From the NCBI GenBank assembly GCA_964519245.1, contig CAZFLK010000004.1:12111-76110 (forward strand): a DNA stretch of 64,000 nt, in the 5' to 3' direction. Source of the stretch: an uncultured Verrucomicrobiota bacterium. GTDB lineage: Bacteria > Verrucomicrobiota > Verrucomicrobiia > Limisphaerales > JAYPEY01. The notes under the pieces were generated by a model. The model had not been told where the DNA came from and did no database searches. It saw only the letters and a program-made list of their open reading frames with translations. Positions 18,547 to 27,475 of this stretch are shown here, piece after piece (within the stretch, counting starts at the first letter, position 1; each line of letters starts with the position of its first letter). Made by a program: the position numbers and the translations under genes.

Positions 18547-20204
18547 GCGACCGCGGCAAGAACGCGACGTTGATTGCGGCGGCGGTCGCCCTCTTCCTAT
18601 TGCCTTGGATCAACAAGCCTTTCCACATCGACGATCCGCTCTACCTGTGGACGGCCCAGCACATCCAAACGGACCCGGCGGATTTCTACGGGTTTGAAGC
18701 CAATTGGGCGCTGACGCCCAAGCCGATGTATGAGTCCAACCAGAACCCGCCCTTGACCGCCTACTACCTCGCAGCCGCGGGCTGGTTGCTCGGTTGGTCA
18801 GAAACAGCGATGCATCTGGCAATGGCGCCGATCGCCATCGCGTTCGGCGTCGGCGTCTTCCTGCTGGCCGGACAGTTCTGTCAAAGTCCCCGCCTTGCCG
18901 CGCTGATCGCAATCAGCGCGCCCGGCGCCGCGCTCTCCTTTACAACCATCATGAGCGACGTTCCGATGGTCGCCCTTTGGATCTGGTCATTCTACTTCTG
19001 GACGCGCGGCTTGAAAGAGAATCGACCGCTCTTTCTCGGCGTCGCCGGAGGCCTCGCCGGATTGGCAATCCTGGCAAAGTACTTCGGCTTCAGCCTGCTG
19101 CCCCTGCTCGCCGCCTACACCCTGATGTCGGACCGAAAGCGCTGGAAAGCCCTGATCTGGCTGGCAATCCCGGCGGTCATCCTTGGAGCCTACCAATACT
19201 GGACCTGGCGACTTTACGGGGTCGGCCTTTTCGGCAATGCGCTCGGATACGCCGCGGAGGTTCGGACAAACCACGCCGCCAATCTCCTCGTCCGGGCTGT
19301 GACGGGCCTGGCCTTCCTGGGCGGTTGTTTCGGGCTTTATTGGTTGCTTCTAACGGCAAGACAATCCTGGAAACCCGCCGCAGTCCTGGCCCTCGCCTGG
19401 GGCGCCGTCCTGATCTGCATCCGTTCAACGTCCGCCTCCTGGCTGCCGGCGGACCCGGAGGCCGCCCTGACTGCCGGGGCCGCGTCCCAATTGGCCTTCT
19501 GGGCGGTTTGCGGCGCGTTCACCCTGGGTCAATGCATCCATGCGGCCTCACGCTCGCGGGATGCCGACGCCGGCGCCTTGCTGCTGTGGATTCTCGGCAC
19601 GGTCTTCTACGCGACGTTCCTCAACCATTTCGTCAACGGCCGGGTGATGTTGCCGGCATTGCCCGCCATCGCCATCCTGGCCGCGCGGCAACTGGACCAT
19701 CGCCCCCGGGATGAATCCCGGCCCGCCTGGCAATCCTGGAGCTACGCCGCCCTGGTTCCCTCGATCATTCTATCAGCGCTGATATGCGCAGCGGATCAAT
19801 CACTCGCCAGGACCGCCAAATCGGCCGCTGCAGAAATCCTGGATCGCCACGACCCCAACCAAATCCAGTTCTCCGGCCACTGGGGCTTTCACTATTACAT
19901 GGAACAAGGCGGCGCAACCCCAATGGACGCCGAGCAATTGAGCGTCGCCTTCAGAGGCCTCTACGTCACTCCAAGCAACAATTCGAACCCGATCTATCTC
20001 GAACCTGCGCAAATCCAACAGGCTCTGCCCGGCTCCCGCGCAAGTCTCGAACTCCACGAAACCCAGCCGCTGCCTTGGCTGGCGACCATGGACATCATGG
20101 GCGGCGCGGGGTTCCACTCCGCAAACTGGGGCCCGGTCCCGTTCCTCTTCGGACCCGTTCCTACCGAACAATACGCCATGATCCGGGTCGATCGAGCCCC
20201 CTGA
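18543..20204 (+). CDS. polytopic membrane protein, GT-C fold (ArnT/PMT/GT39-like) glycosyltransferase candidate
   Basis: The long ORF 17874..20204 has an Arg/Pro-rich N-terminal part that overlaps ubiX out of frame. I take the real start as TTG 18543, which overlaps the ubiX stop (TTGA). More than 10 hydrophobic segments, and a first-loop acidic motif 'PFHIDDPLYLW' as in ArnT/PMT-type enzymes. Confidence 0.55.
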   Translation: MSDRGKNATLIAAAVALFLLPWINKPFHIDDPLYLWTAQHIQTDPADFYGFEANWALTPKPMYESNQNPPLTAYYLAAAGWLLGWSETAMHLAMAPIAIAFGVGVFLLAGQFCQSPRLAALIAISAPGAALSFTTIMSDVPMVALWIWSFYFWTRGLKENRPLFLGVAGGLAGLAILAKYFGFSLLPLLAAYTLMSDRKRWKALIWLAIPAVILGAYQYWTWRLYGVGLFGNALGYAAEVRTNHAANLLVRAVTGLAFLGGCFGLYWLLLTARQSWKPAAVLALAWGAVLICIRSTSASWLPADPEAALTAGAASQLAFWAVCGAFTLGQCIHAASRSRDADAGALLLWILGTVFYATFLNHFVNGRVMLPALPAIAILAARQLDHRPRDESRPAWQSWSYAALVPSIILSALICAADQSLARTAKSAAAEILDRHDPNQIQFSGHWGFHYYMEQGGATPMDAEQLSVAFRGLYVTPSNNSNPIYLEPAQIQQALPGSRASLELHETQPLPWLATMDIMGGAGFHSANWGPVPFLFGPVPTEQYAMIRVDRAP

Positions 20205-20266
20205 ACGCCAACGCAATTGACGTTTTTCCTTTATTTTCCGATCCCAATGAGGCTTTTTCGGCGGCT

Positions 20267-21190
20267 TTGAATCCCCTTAGAGAAATAAAGAAGTGGCTGG
20301 AGTTCGTGAAGTTCTCACACACGATCTTCGCGCTCCCGTTCGCCCTGGCATCGATGCTCATCGCGGCCCGGGACAATTATGGTTGGCCGGGGGCCGGAAC
20401 CTTCCTTCTCATCCTGGCCGCCATGGTCTGCGCCCGCACCTGCGCCATGGCATTCAATCGCATCGTCGACCGGAAGTTCGACGGTGAGAACCCCCGGACC
20501 TCGGTCCGACATCTCCCCTCGGGCAAGATCAGCGTCGCCAGCGCCTGGACGCTTTGGGGCGTGAGCGCAGCCGGACTGGTCGCCGTGAGCTGGCTGTTGA
20601 ATCCCCTGTGCTTCTACCTTTCTCCCGTCGCCCTGTTCGTCGTTTGCTTCTATTCCCTGACCAAACGTTTTACGGATTTCACCCATATCTACCTCGGCAT
20701 CGCCATTGCCTTGGCCCCCATCGGCGCCTGGATCGCCGTGCGCGGCGACTTTCACCTGATCCCCGAGGGCGGCTCCTTCAATGATGGCTGCCTCGCGCCC
20801 CTGCTTCTCGCCGTCGCCGTCGTGTTCTGGCTGATCGGATTCGATGTCATCTACGCCATCCAGGACTACGAGTTCGACCGCAAGCACGGCCTGCATTCGA
20901 TCGTCGTCCGCTGGGGCCCCAAGAACGCCCTGCGCGCCGCCTTCCTCTCCCACACCGTCATGCTGCTGCTGTTGGGAGTCTTCGGATTGCTTTGCGGCTT
21001 TCGCGTGGCATATTTCGTCGGACTCGGCCTGATCATGATCGCCGTCTTGTTTGAACACTTTATCGCCCGGATCCGAAAAATGAACTGGGTGCAGAACGCT
21101 TTTTTCCGACTCAACGCCGTCATCAGCATCATCTTCCTCGCCGTAACCTTCGCCGAGATCGCCTTCCCCGGTTTCCGCGTCTCCCGATGA
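20267..21190 (+). CDS. UbiA-family aromatic prenyltransferase (MqnP-like by context)
   Basis: There is no in-frame ATG before TM1, so I take TTG 20267 as the start ((M)NPLREIKKWLEFVKFSHTIFALPFA...). Asp-rich motifs 'NRIVDRKFD' and 'DYEFDRKHG'. Confidence 0.8.
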   Translation: MNPLREIKKWLEFVKFSHTIFALPFALASMLIAARDNYGWPGAGTFLLILAAMVCARTCAMAFNRIVDRKFDGENPRTSVRHLPSGKISVASAWTLWGVSAAGLVAVSWLLNPLCFYLSPVALFVVCFYSLTKRFTDFTHIYLGIAIALAPIGAWIAVRGDFHLIPEGGSFNDGCLAPLLLAVAVVFWLIGFDVIYAIQDYEFDRKHGLHSIVVRWGPKNALRAAFLSHTVMLLLLGVFGLLCGFRVAYFVGLGLIMIAVLFEHFIARIRKMNWVQNAFFRLNAVISIIFLAVTFAEIAFPGFRVSR

Positions 21191-22365
21191 ATCCACCCAT
21201 CGCCATCCGCGACAGCGACCTCCGTGACCTCTTCGACAAGGTCGCCGAGGGGCAGCGTCTCTCGGACGATGACGCCTTGCGCCTACTGGAGAGCCGCGAT
21301 CTCAACGCCGTGGGAGCCATGGCCGATTTCGCCCGGCAGCGCAAAGTCGGCGATCGGGCCAGCTACATTGTCAACCGCTACATCAACTACTCGAACTACT
21401 GCATCCTCAGCTGCAAGTTCTGTTCCTTCGCCCGCAAGAAGCGCGACGCCGATGGGTTCCAGCTCTCGGTGGAGGAAATGGTCGACAAGGCCCGGGAGGC
21501 CCTGAAGATCGGCATCACCGAGTTGCACATCGTCGGCGGCCTCCATCCCTCGCTGAAGTTCGACTACTACCTCGACATGGTCCGCTCCCTAAAGGCGCTC
21601 GACCCGAACCTTCAGCTGAAATGCTTCACCGCAGTGGAAATACTGCACCTTGCCTGGCTGGCCAGGAAATCCACGCGCGACACACTCGCCGAGCTGAAGG
21701 CGGCCGGACTCGACTCCCTCACCGGCGGCGGCGCCGAAATCTTCCGCAAGGAAGTCCGCTCCCAGATCGCCCGCGGCAAGGAGTCGGCCGAGGAATACTG
21801 CGACGTTCATCGCCAATGGCACAAGCTCGGCGGACGCAGCACCTGCACCATGCTGTTCGGTCACGTGGAATCGCTTGAAGACCGCGTCGACCACCTGCGC
21901 TGGCTGCGCAACCTGCAGGACGAAACCGGCGGTTTCACCGGGTTCATCCCCCTCCCCTTCCAGCCCGAGAACAATCAGATCCCCGTCAACGAGCCGCCAT
22001 CCGGCTACGACGCCCTGCGCACCATTGCCGTCAGCCGGCTCTACCTGGACAACTTCGACCACGTCACCGCCTATTGGGTGGGCTTGGGAATGAACCTCGC
22101 CCAGGTCGCCCTCAACTATGGCGCCGACGACATCCACGGCACCATCGTCGAGGAACACATCTTCCATATGGCCGGCGCCCAATCACCTCAACTCCAAACC
22201 GAGACCGAGATGGCCGAGGCCATCCGCGATGCCGGCCGCATCCCCGTTCAGCGCGACACCTTCTACCAACCCATCAAGAAATGGACGGATGAGGAAAGCG
22301 TCGCGGAGGTTCGGGCTGCCGAAGCGAAGAACGCCAACAAAGAAACAACAACAGCGGCTTCCTGA
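21187..22365 (+). CDS. mqnE: radical SAM enzyme of the futalosine pathway, aminofutalosine synthase-like
   Basis: ATGA overlap with the prenyltransferase gene. Cluster motif 'CILSCKFCSF'; also 'TELHIVGGLHP' and 'FIPLPFQPENN'. Radical SAM assignment is high confidence; the MqnE versus MqnC call is from remembered family signatures. Confidence 0.65.
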   Translation: MNPPIAIRDSDLRDLFDKVAEGQRLSDDDALRLLESRDLNAVGAMADFARQRKVGDRASYIVNRYINYSNYCILSCKFCSFARKKRDADGFQLSVEEMVDKAREALKIGITELHIVGGLHPSLKFDYYLDMVRSLKALDPNLQLKCFTAVEILHLAWLARKSTRDTLAELKAAGLDSLTGGGAEIFRKEVRSQIARGKESAEEYCDVHRQWHKLGGRSTCTMLFGHVESLEDRVDHLRWLRNLQDETGGFTGFIPLPFQPENNQIPVNEPPSGYDALRTIAVSRLYLDNFDHVTAYWVGLGMNLAQVALNYGADDIHGTIVEEHIFHMAGAQSPQLQTETEMAEAIRDAGRIPVQRDTFYQPIKKWTDEESVAEVRAAEAKNANKETTTAAS

Positions 22366-22402
22366 TGGAATTCATTCACACCACCGCCTCGCTTGCTCGT
22401 TC

Positions 22403-22470
22403 GGAGCGCCGAGCATTACTCGGCCAGCGCGTTGTCCTGCGCCCGCCTGCCAAGCAATGCCCGGCGCTCC
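22403..22470. repeat. REP-like compound palindromic element, copy 2 (degenerate right arm)
   Basis: The left arm GGAGCGCCGAGCATTACTCGGC (22403-22424) is identical to the arm at 9976-9997. The right arm GCCAAGCAATGCCCGGCGCTCC (22449-22470) matches the inverse at 19/22. The element lies between mqnE and mqnA. Confidence 0.75.
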
Positions 22471-22631
22471 GGCCTTTCCAACCGAGTCCGGAATCCCAGT
22501 CTTAGCCCATGGCCGACTCCGACGACATCCCCCCGCTGAGGCTCGCCCCGAACACGCCCTTGGAGGCGGCGGTGGATCGACTGCGCAAGGAGCAGAAACT
22601 CGAGCACAAACATCGCGAGGCCAACCTCGAG

Positions 22632-23396
22632 ATGGCCGATGAGTTCCGCATCGGCTCCGTGCCCTACCTGAATTCCGTGCCCCTTACCCGGGGCATCGAA
22701 CATCAAACCCTGTTCAAGCCGCCAGCCGAACTGGCCAAACTGCTCGAGCGGGATGAGCTGGACGCCGCGCTGGTCAGCGTCACCGAGGCCATCCTGAAGG
22801 ACCGCTACGACATTCTGGGCGGGGTCGCCGTCGCCGCGCTCGGCGAGGTCATGAGCGTCTTCGTCGCCCATCGCGTCCCGATCGAGGAGACCCCGGAGAT
22901 CTGGTGCGACAAGGCCTCCCTCGCCAGCGTCAATCTGCTCAAGGTCCTGCTGGCCGAGAAGGGACTGTCTCCCGAGTTGAAACAACTCGATTCCTACGAC
23001 GCGGCCGGGGACAAGGACTGCGTCCTCTTGATCGGAAATCCCGCCATCGCCTTCCGTCGCGCAGAGCATGACCACGAGCTTTGGGACCTCGGCGCGGCCT
23101 GGTACGAACTGACTCATCTCCCTTTCGTCTTCGCCGTCTGGGCGATTCGACGCGGCGTCCAGAACGTGTCCAAACTCTGCGCCGAATTGCGCGACGCCAA
23201 GGACTTCGGCATGGACACCCTGGATTTCATCATCGCCGATCGCGCCGATTACGACCGCGAGTTTCGGCAGGACTACCTCGGCTGGCACATCCACTACCAC
23301 ATGGGATCCGACGAAAAACGAGGCCTGATGAAGTTCGTCGAACTGCTGGACAAGCACAACCTCGGCCCGGTCTTCGAGCCGAAGTTCATCGCCTGA
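22632..23396 (+). CDS. mqnA: chorismate dehydratase (futalosine pathway MqnA)
   Basis: 'FRIGSVPYLNSVPLTRGI' is the typical MqnA N-terminus, so I prefer ATG 22632. The ORF is open from ATG 22509, which would add a 41-aa extension. Confidence 0.8.
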   Translation: MADEFRIGSVPYLNSVPLTRGIEHQTLFKPPAELAKLLERDELDAALVSVTEAILKDRYDILGGVAVAALGEVMSVFVAHRVPIEETPEIWCDKASLASVNLLKVLLAEKGLSPELKQLDSYDAAGDKDCVLLIGNPAIAFRRAEHDHELWDLGAAWYELTHLPFVFAVWAIRRGVQNVSKLCAELRDAKDFGMDTLDFIIADRADYDREFRQDYLGWHIHYHMGSDEKRGLMKFVELLDKHNLGPVFEPKFIA

Positions 23397-23401
23397 TCCG
23401 C

Positions 23402-25981
23402 CTACTGATCGACCTGCACGGTAAACGTCACCGATCCGGAACCGCCGGGCTGCAACGCGCCGGCGAAGGTCCATTTCAAGGCGCCGACCGCTCCCACGCC
23501 GGGCGAGGTAATTGAGACGCCGGTCAGGCCGGAAGGCAGGGCGCCGGCGGCGGCGCTGACAAAGGTCGTGAACGTCGGTGTGTAATCCTGGATCACAATG
23601 TCCGCCAGAGGATCCGTCCCGTTGTGCGTATAAGTGATCGTGTAGTTGATGGGGTCCCCCGGTTTCGCCGTCGCCCGATCCACCTCCTTGTGCAGCGTCA
23701 GACTGGCGGTGGACGTTTCGCCGACAATGGTGAGATCATTCACGCTATATTGTCGGACCAGAAGCGGGGAGGAATCCGTGTAGGTGAAATCGGCGGTGAT
23801 GGTCACCTTGTTCTGCGCGTTGAAGGGCGCGTCGGCCGGAACGAACTGACGCAGGAGAATGCAGAGCTGCTCCCCTTCGGCGAGCGCTATCGCCCCGAGG
23901 ATAACCGGCTCTCCCACATCCACCTGTCCATTGCAGTTCGTATCCCGGTAAATCAGGTTGCTCCACAGGGAGTTGGCCGGCGATTGAACCTCCGAAAATG
24001 AGAAACTCACACTGCCCGCGCTGCCGGCGAGGAAGACATGCGGATAGGCGACCGTGCTGCCCGGCTGCGCCGTGGCCGTGTTGTCGGCGATGAAGATATT
24101 GTCCGGCACATCGCCAAACAGGATACCCGTGTGCACATCGCCCGGTGTCAGCGTGAAGGAGACTGTATCCGTCGAGCGATCATAGCTCCCTCCGGTCGTC
24201 CCGGCGGAACCGCCCGTGGAAACAAAACCCGGGGGATTCGCCTCCACCACGGTGAAGGCCGTCGCCGAGGACAACGCGACAAAGACATCAAAGGCCCCGG
24301 CGTTGTCCGTGGTGAAGGTCGTGGTGAACGCGCCGCCGCTGATCGTGACCTCCGCATTGGCCAACCCCGTTTCGCCGCCGTTCAACAAGCCGTCGTTTGC
24401 CGTGCCGCCGCCCGTGCCGGTGTCACGGAACACCTGTCCCGCAAGGCGGGCGCCCTGGATCACGCCGAAATTCTTGTTCGGTTGATCCGAGGCCACTAGA
24501 TTGACCTCCCGAATCCAGTCCGGCTCCTCCGTGCCAAACCAGCCCGAAGGAATGTTCGGCGTCACATCGGCCAGGTTGGGGTTGTCGTCGATGACGACAC
24601 GGTAACTCCCGGCCTCCAGTAGGAACTGGTAGGCTCCGGTCGTCGAGTTGACCGCCACGGCTTCCGTGGCGGGCCCTCCTGGGGACGCCGCCGGCATGAC
24701 CTTGGCGTATAACGTCAAGCCCGTGCCCGCCTCCGCGCCGTCCTTCGCATTGTTCCGGTTCGCGTCCAGATACACGTGTCCCGACAATTCCATGACGATG
24801 GTCAACACATCGAAGACCGACTCGCCGATCATCGGCTCGAAGGCCGACGTCGCCGTTGTTTCGATGGTGGCCGTGCCGCCGCCGGAACCCGGAACCTGAT
24901 AACAAATCAGGATGTTGGTCACGCCCTCCGAAATCAGCGGCCCCGTATCCGGCAGGGAACTGCCGTCGCTGTCGGTGTCGGTCAGGAGAACATCCGTCCC
25001 GGGTTCGTAGACGCCGATCGTCCCGGCATCGCCGTAATACTGAATCGAGTTGGGGCTCCAACCTCCCGTGGTGACGGAGAACAGGTTGAAGGTGTCCGTG
25101 CCTTTGCCGAAGTTCGTGATCGTGTGCGACTGGTAGGAGATCTCGCCGAAACGCACGTCGTTGGTGTTGTTCGGCGAGAAGGTCAACGCGGCAAACTGCG
25201 ACGTGCCCGCGCCGCCGCCGCAACCACCCATGTTATCGTCCGCCTGCGCGCCGATCGATTGGGAAAACGGGTTATTGTTCGAACTCGCGATGTGCCAACC
25301 GATGGCGTCGCCCGGGTCGATCCCAAGGCGATTCCAAGGCACCCGCCATTCCATCTCCGTGCCGTTCGGATGGCCCAGCCCGGTCATGTTGGCGAATGTG
25401 CGCTCGTTCTCGATCGTCCCCGGCATGTTGTAGCCGTCCGCCAGCCCATTGCCATCGGTCAGCGAATCGCCTCCGGCATTGACTGCTTCGTAGTCGCCCA
25501 GCGCCATATTCACCACCTGGTTGTTACCCTGCCAGCGGGCCACGATCACCGGCTCTCCCGACTGCATGATACCGTCATTGCTCAGATCGGCGTAGTAGAT
25601 GAAGTAAATGCGGTTGTTCTCCGAGGCCTCGCGGGTCGTGTAGGCGAACAAGTAGGAATTGTTCCAAGTAAAAGTAAACGAACGCAGGTCCCGACCCGTG
25701 GACTGAATTGGACGGTCCCGATCCTGATTGCCGATGTTGTCACAGACATTGTTGTCCGTGTCCGGAATCACGGCCGTATACCACTGCGACATGTCCCCAT
25801 CGATGTTGATGTTCACACCGATCGTCGGCAAGCCATCCTGAAAACCACACTGACAGGGCGGAATCGACTGCGAAACGGCGGCCCAGCCCAGCGTCAGCGC
25901 GAGCAGCAATGCAAGCAACCGCCCCGCCACCGTGCCCGCCGGGGACGTCCAACGCTTGCTCGTGGATCGCAGAGGTCTCAT
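23402..25981 (-). CDS. secreted 859-aa multi-domain protein: novel N-terminal domain, SdrD-B/Cna-B-like domains and a terminal DUF11 repeat (locus protein 5)
   Basis: Signal peptide 'LLALLLALTLGWAAVSQS'. 'GHVYLDANRNNAKDGAEAGTG' and 'GQVFRDTGTGGGTANDGLLNGGETGLANAEV' are SdrD-B-like. The C-terminal 'TLHKEVDRATAKPGDPINYTITYTHNG...VTFTVQV' is DUF11-like. Confidence 0.8.
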   Translation of the reverse strand: MRPLRSTSKRWTSPAGTVAGRLLALLLALTLGWAAVSQSIPPCQCGFQDGLPTIGVNINIDGDMSQWYTAVIPDTDNNVCDNIGNQDRDRPIQSTGRDLRSFTFTWNNSYLFAYTTREASENNRIYFIYYADLSNDGIMQSGEPVIVARWQGNNQVVNMALGDYEAVNAGGDSLTDGNGLADGYNMPGTIENERTFANMTGLGHPNGTEMEWRVPWNRLGIDPGDAIGWHIASSNNNPFSQSIGAQADDNMGGCGGGAGTSQFAALTFSPNNTNDVRFGEISYQSHTITNFGKGTDTFNLFSVTTGGWSPNSIQYYGDAGTIGVYEPGTDVLLTDTDSDGSSLPDTGPLISEGVTNILICYQVPGSGGGTATIETTATSAFEPMIGESVFDVLTIVMELSGHVYLDANRNNAKDGAEAGTGLTLYAKVMPAASPGGPATEAVAVNSTTGAYQFLLEAGSYRVVIDDNPNLADVTPNIPSGWFGTEEPDWIREVNLVASDQPNKNFGVIQGARLAGQVFRDTGTGGGTANDGLLNGGETGLANAEVTISGGAFTTTFTTDNAGAFDVFVALSSATAFTVVEANPPGFVSTGGSAGTTGGSYDRSTDTVSFTLTPGDVHTGILFGDVPDNIFIADNTATAQPGSTVAYPHVFLAGSAGSVSFSFSEVQSPANSLWSNLIYRDTNCNGQVDVGEPVILGAIALAEGEQLCILLRQFVPADAPFNAQNKVTITADFTYTDSSPLLVRQYSVNDLTIVGETSTASLTLHKEVDRATAKPGDPINYTITYTHNGTDPLADIVIQDYTPTFTTFVSAAAGALPSGLTGVSITSPGVGAVGALKWTFAGALQPGGSGSVTFTVQVDQ

Positions 25982-25990
25982 GTCAGCTCA

Positions 25991-27475
25991 TCATTCATCG
26001 ATCCCAAGAGGGGCCGCCAAAGCGGATTCCGCGAGGGCCGCCAGTTCACGACCTTTGGCCAAATAACGCCGCCCGGAGCCGCGTCCGTATCGTTTCGTCT
26101 GCAACTCGCCTCGAGCGAGCTCCACCTCGGCCTCGGCCAGAAGCCGGCCCAGAGCCCCGGTCTGATCACGGCTTCGCAACGCTTCCAACCGCTCGCGCAA
26201 CTCGTCACTGGCGGGCGTCGATCGACCGATCTCGCGCCATTCCCACGAATGGCCATCGCTCCCCGCGCCCAGGCGCGCCAGGCTGAGGCGGCACTCCTCC
26301 CCCAAGGCCCGAACCACGGAGGCGCTCATCCGCCGCGCGCTCGCCTCCCGAGCAAACCGCAACCAATACGCCGCCCGGGCCAAGCCATGGCTTTCGACTG
26401 ACCAACCTGCCGCGTGAGCGCGAACCAACGCCGCCTCCAACATCCCCAGGGCTTCCGCTTGCTCCCGTTTCCGGGCGGGGAACTCGGCCGCATGCCCGCC
26501 CCAGGCGTCCAGCGGAATCGGCCCCGGCGTCGCCATCTGCATCGGCTCGCCGGCAATCTTTTTCCATGCCACGGCGAGCCAACGCTCGGCCTTGGCATAT
26601 TCGTCGACAGCCGTCAGCCACCCCCGCTTCCGGGTGATATGGGCCGCCTTGACCAACTGGATCTCAATCCACGCAACTTCCGCCAACCCCTTGCCAAAGT
26701 TCTGATTCTTCTTCAACTGTTCGATCTTCTCCCACATCACTGGACAACTCCGCGGCGCATCCACAATCTGCGGGGTCGACCACTCGACCTTTTTCCCGCC
26801 TTCCAACCGGAGCACGAGATTGGTCGCCTGGCTGAGCGCGCCTTCGATCATGGGCGAGCGCGGGTTCAACGCATACTCCGTGCGGGAGAAATCCAGCCAG
26901 GCATTCGCCTTGGCGATATGATAGACCCGGATGCCGGAAGCCGCCTCGGCGAACTTGTTGATCCGTCGTTGCCACTGATCCAGGTAGCGCAGATCCTGAC
27001 CGGCGCGATAATCCGAGATCCGCTCCTTCGGCGCGCTCAAGACCAACGGCTCCGGCTCCTTCACTTCCTTCCTCTTCTTGAACCATCTTGAAAACAGCCC
27101 GCCGCCCGCCCCTGCCTCCTCCGCCTGCGTCTCCGCTTTCGCCGCCGCCTTGGACGCCGGGGCGACCACGGGGGGCGCGTTCGTCTTGGCCGTCGCGGCA
27201 ACCGCCGGAGCATTCACCGTCACCGGAACAGCCGTCGGAGGAATGACCGTGACCGACGGAGGCTTGATGGACACCGCCGGCAAGGTGATTGTCCGCCCTC
27301 CCACGGTCACGAGCTTGTTGGTCGCCGCAGGCGCGCTCGACACGGCTTGAGGCGGAGTGACGGCAATCTTGAGCGTCGGGGCATTCGTTCCGCCCTGCGA
27401 AGTGACGACCGTCTGGGCGTCAACTCCCAGACAGCCGACAATCATGCCAACAATCATGGACCCGGGTTTCCTCAT
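25991..27475 (-). CDS. lipoprotein with a Pro/Val/Ala-rich linker and an alpha-helical repeat C-terminal region; unknown family (locus protein 4)
   Basis: Lipobox 'MIVGC'. Residues ~40-120 are P/V/A/T-rich. The C-terminal ~330 aa are rich in A/R/E/L/W with helical periodicity. The start ATG overlaps the stop of the upstream 2,012-aa gene (ATGA at 27472-27475). Confidence 0.7.
   Translation of the reverse strand: MRKPGSMIVGMIVGCLGVDAQTVVTSQGGTNAPTLKIAVTPPQAVSSAPAATNKLVTVGGRTITLPAVSIKPPSVTVIPPTAVPVTVNAPAVAATAKTNAPPVVAPASKAAAKAETQAEEAGAGGGLFSRWFKKRKEVKEPEPLVLSAPKERISDYRAGQDLRYLDQWQRRINKFAEAASGIRVYHIAKANAWLDFSRTEYALNPRSPMIEGALSQATNLVLRLEGGKKVEWSTPQIVDAPRSCPVMWEKIEQLKKNQNFGKGLAEVAWIEIQLVKAAHITRKRGWLTAVDEYAKAERWLAVAWKKIAGEPMQMATPGPIPLDAWGGHAAEFPARKREQAEALGMLEAALVRAHAAGWSVESHGLARAAYWLRFAREASARRMSASVVRALGEECRLSLARLGAGSDGHSWEWREIGRSTPASDELRERLEALRSRDQTGALGRLLAEAEVELARGELQTKRYGRGSGRRYLAKGRELAALAESALAAPLGIDE

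Noticed and set aside
24941-24955. LPDTG in the 859-aa protein (and the similar IPDTG in the 912-aa protein), considered as a sortase LPXTG signal.
   Set aside because: It is internal, roughly one third of the way into the protein, and part of a recurring 'D.D.DG...PDTGP' inter-domain motif. It is not followed by a hydrophobic stretch and positive tail, and no sortase gene is in the window.
24776-26401. 541-aa plus-strand ORF spanning the junction of two DUF11-locus genes.
   Set aside because: It is antisense to two well-supported secreted proteins. It has Arg-rich composition, no signal peptide or domain signature, and crosses an intergenic gap of the real genes.
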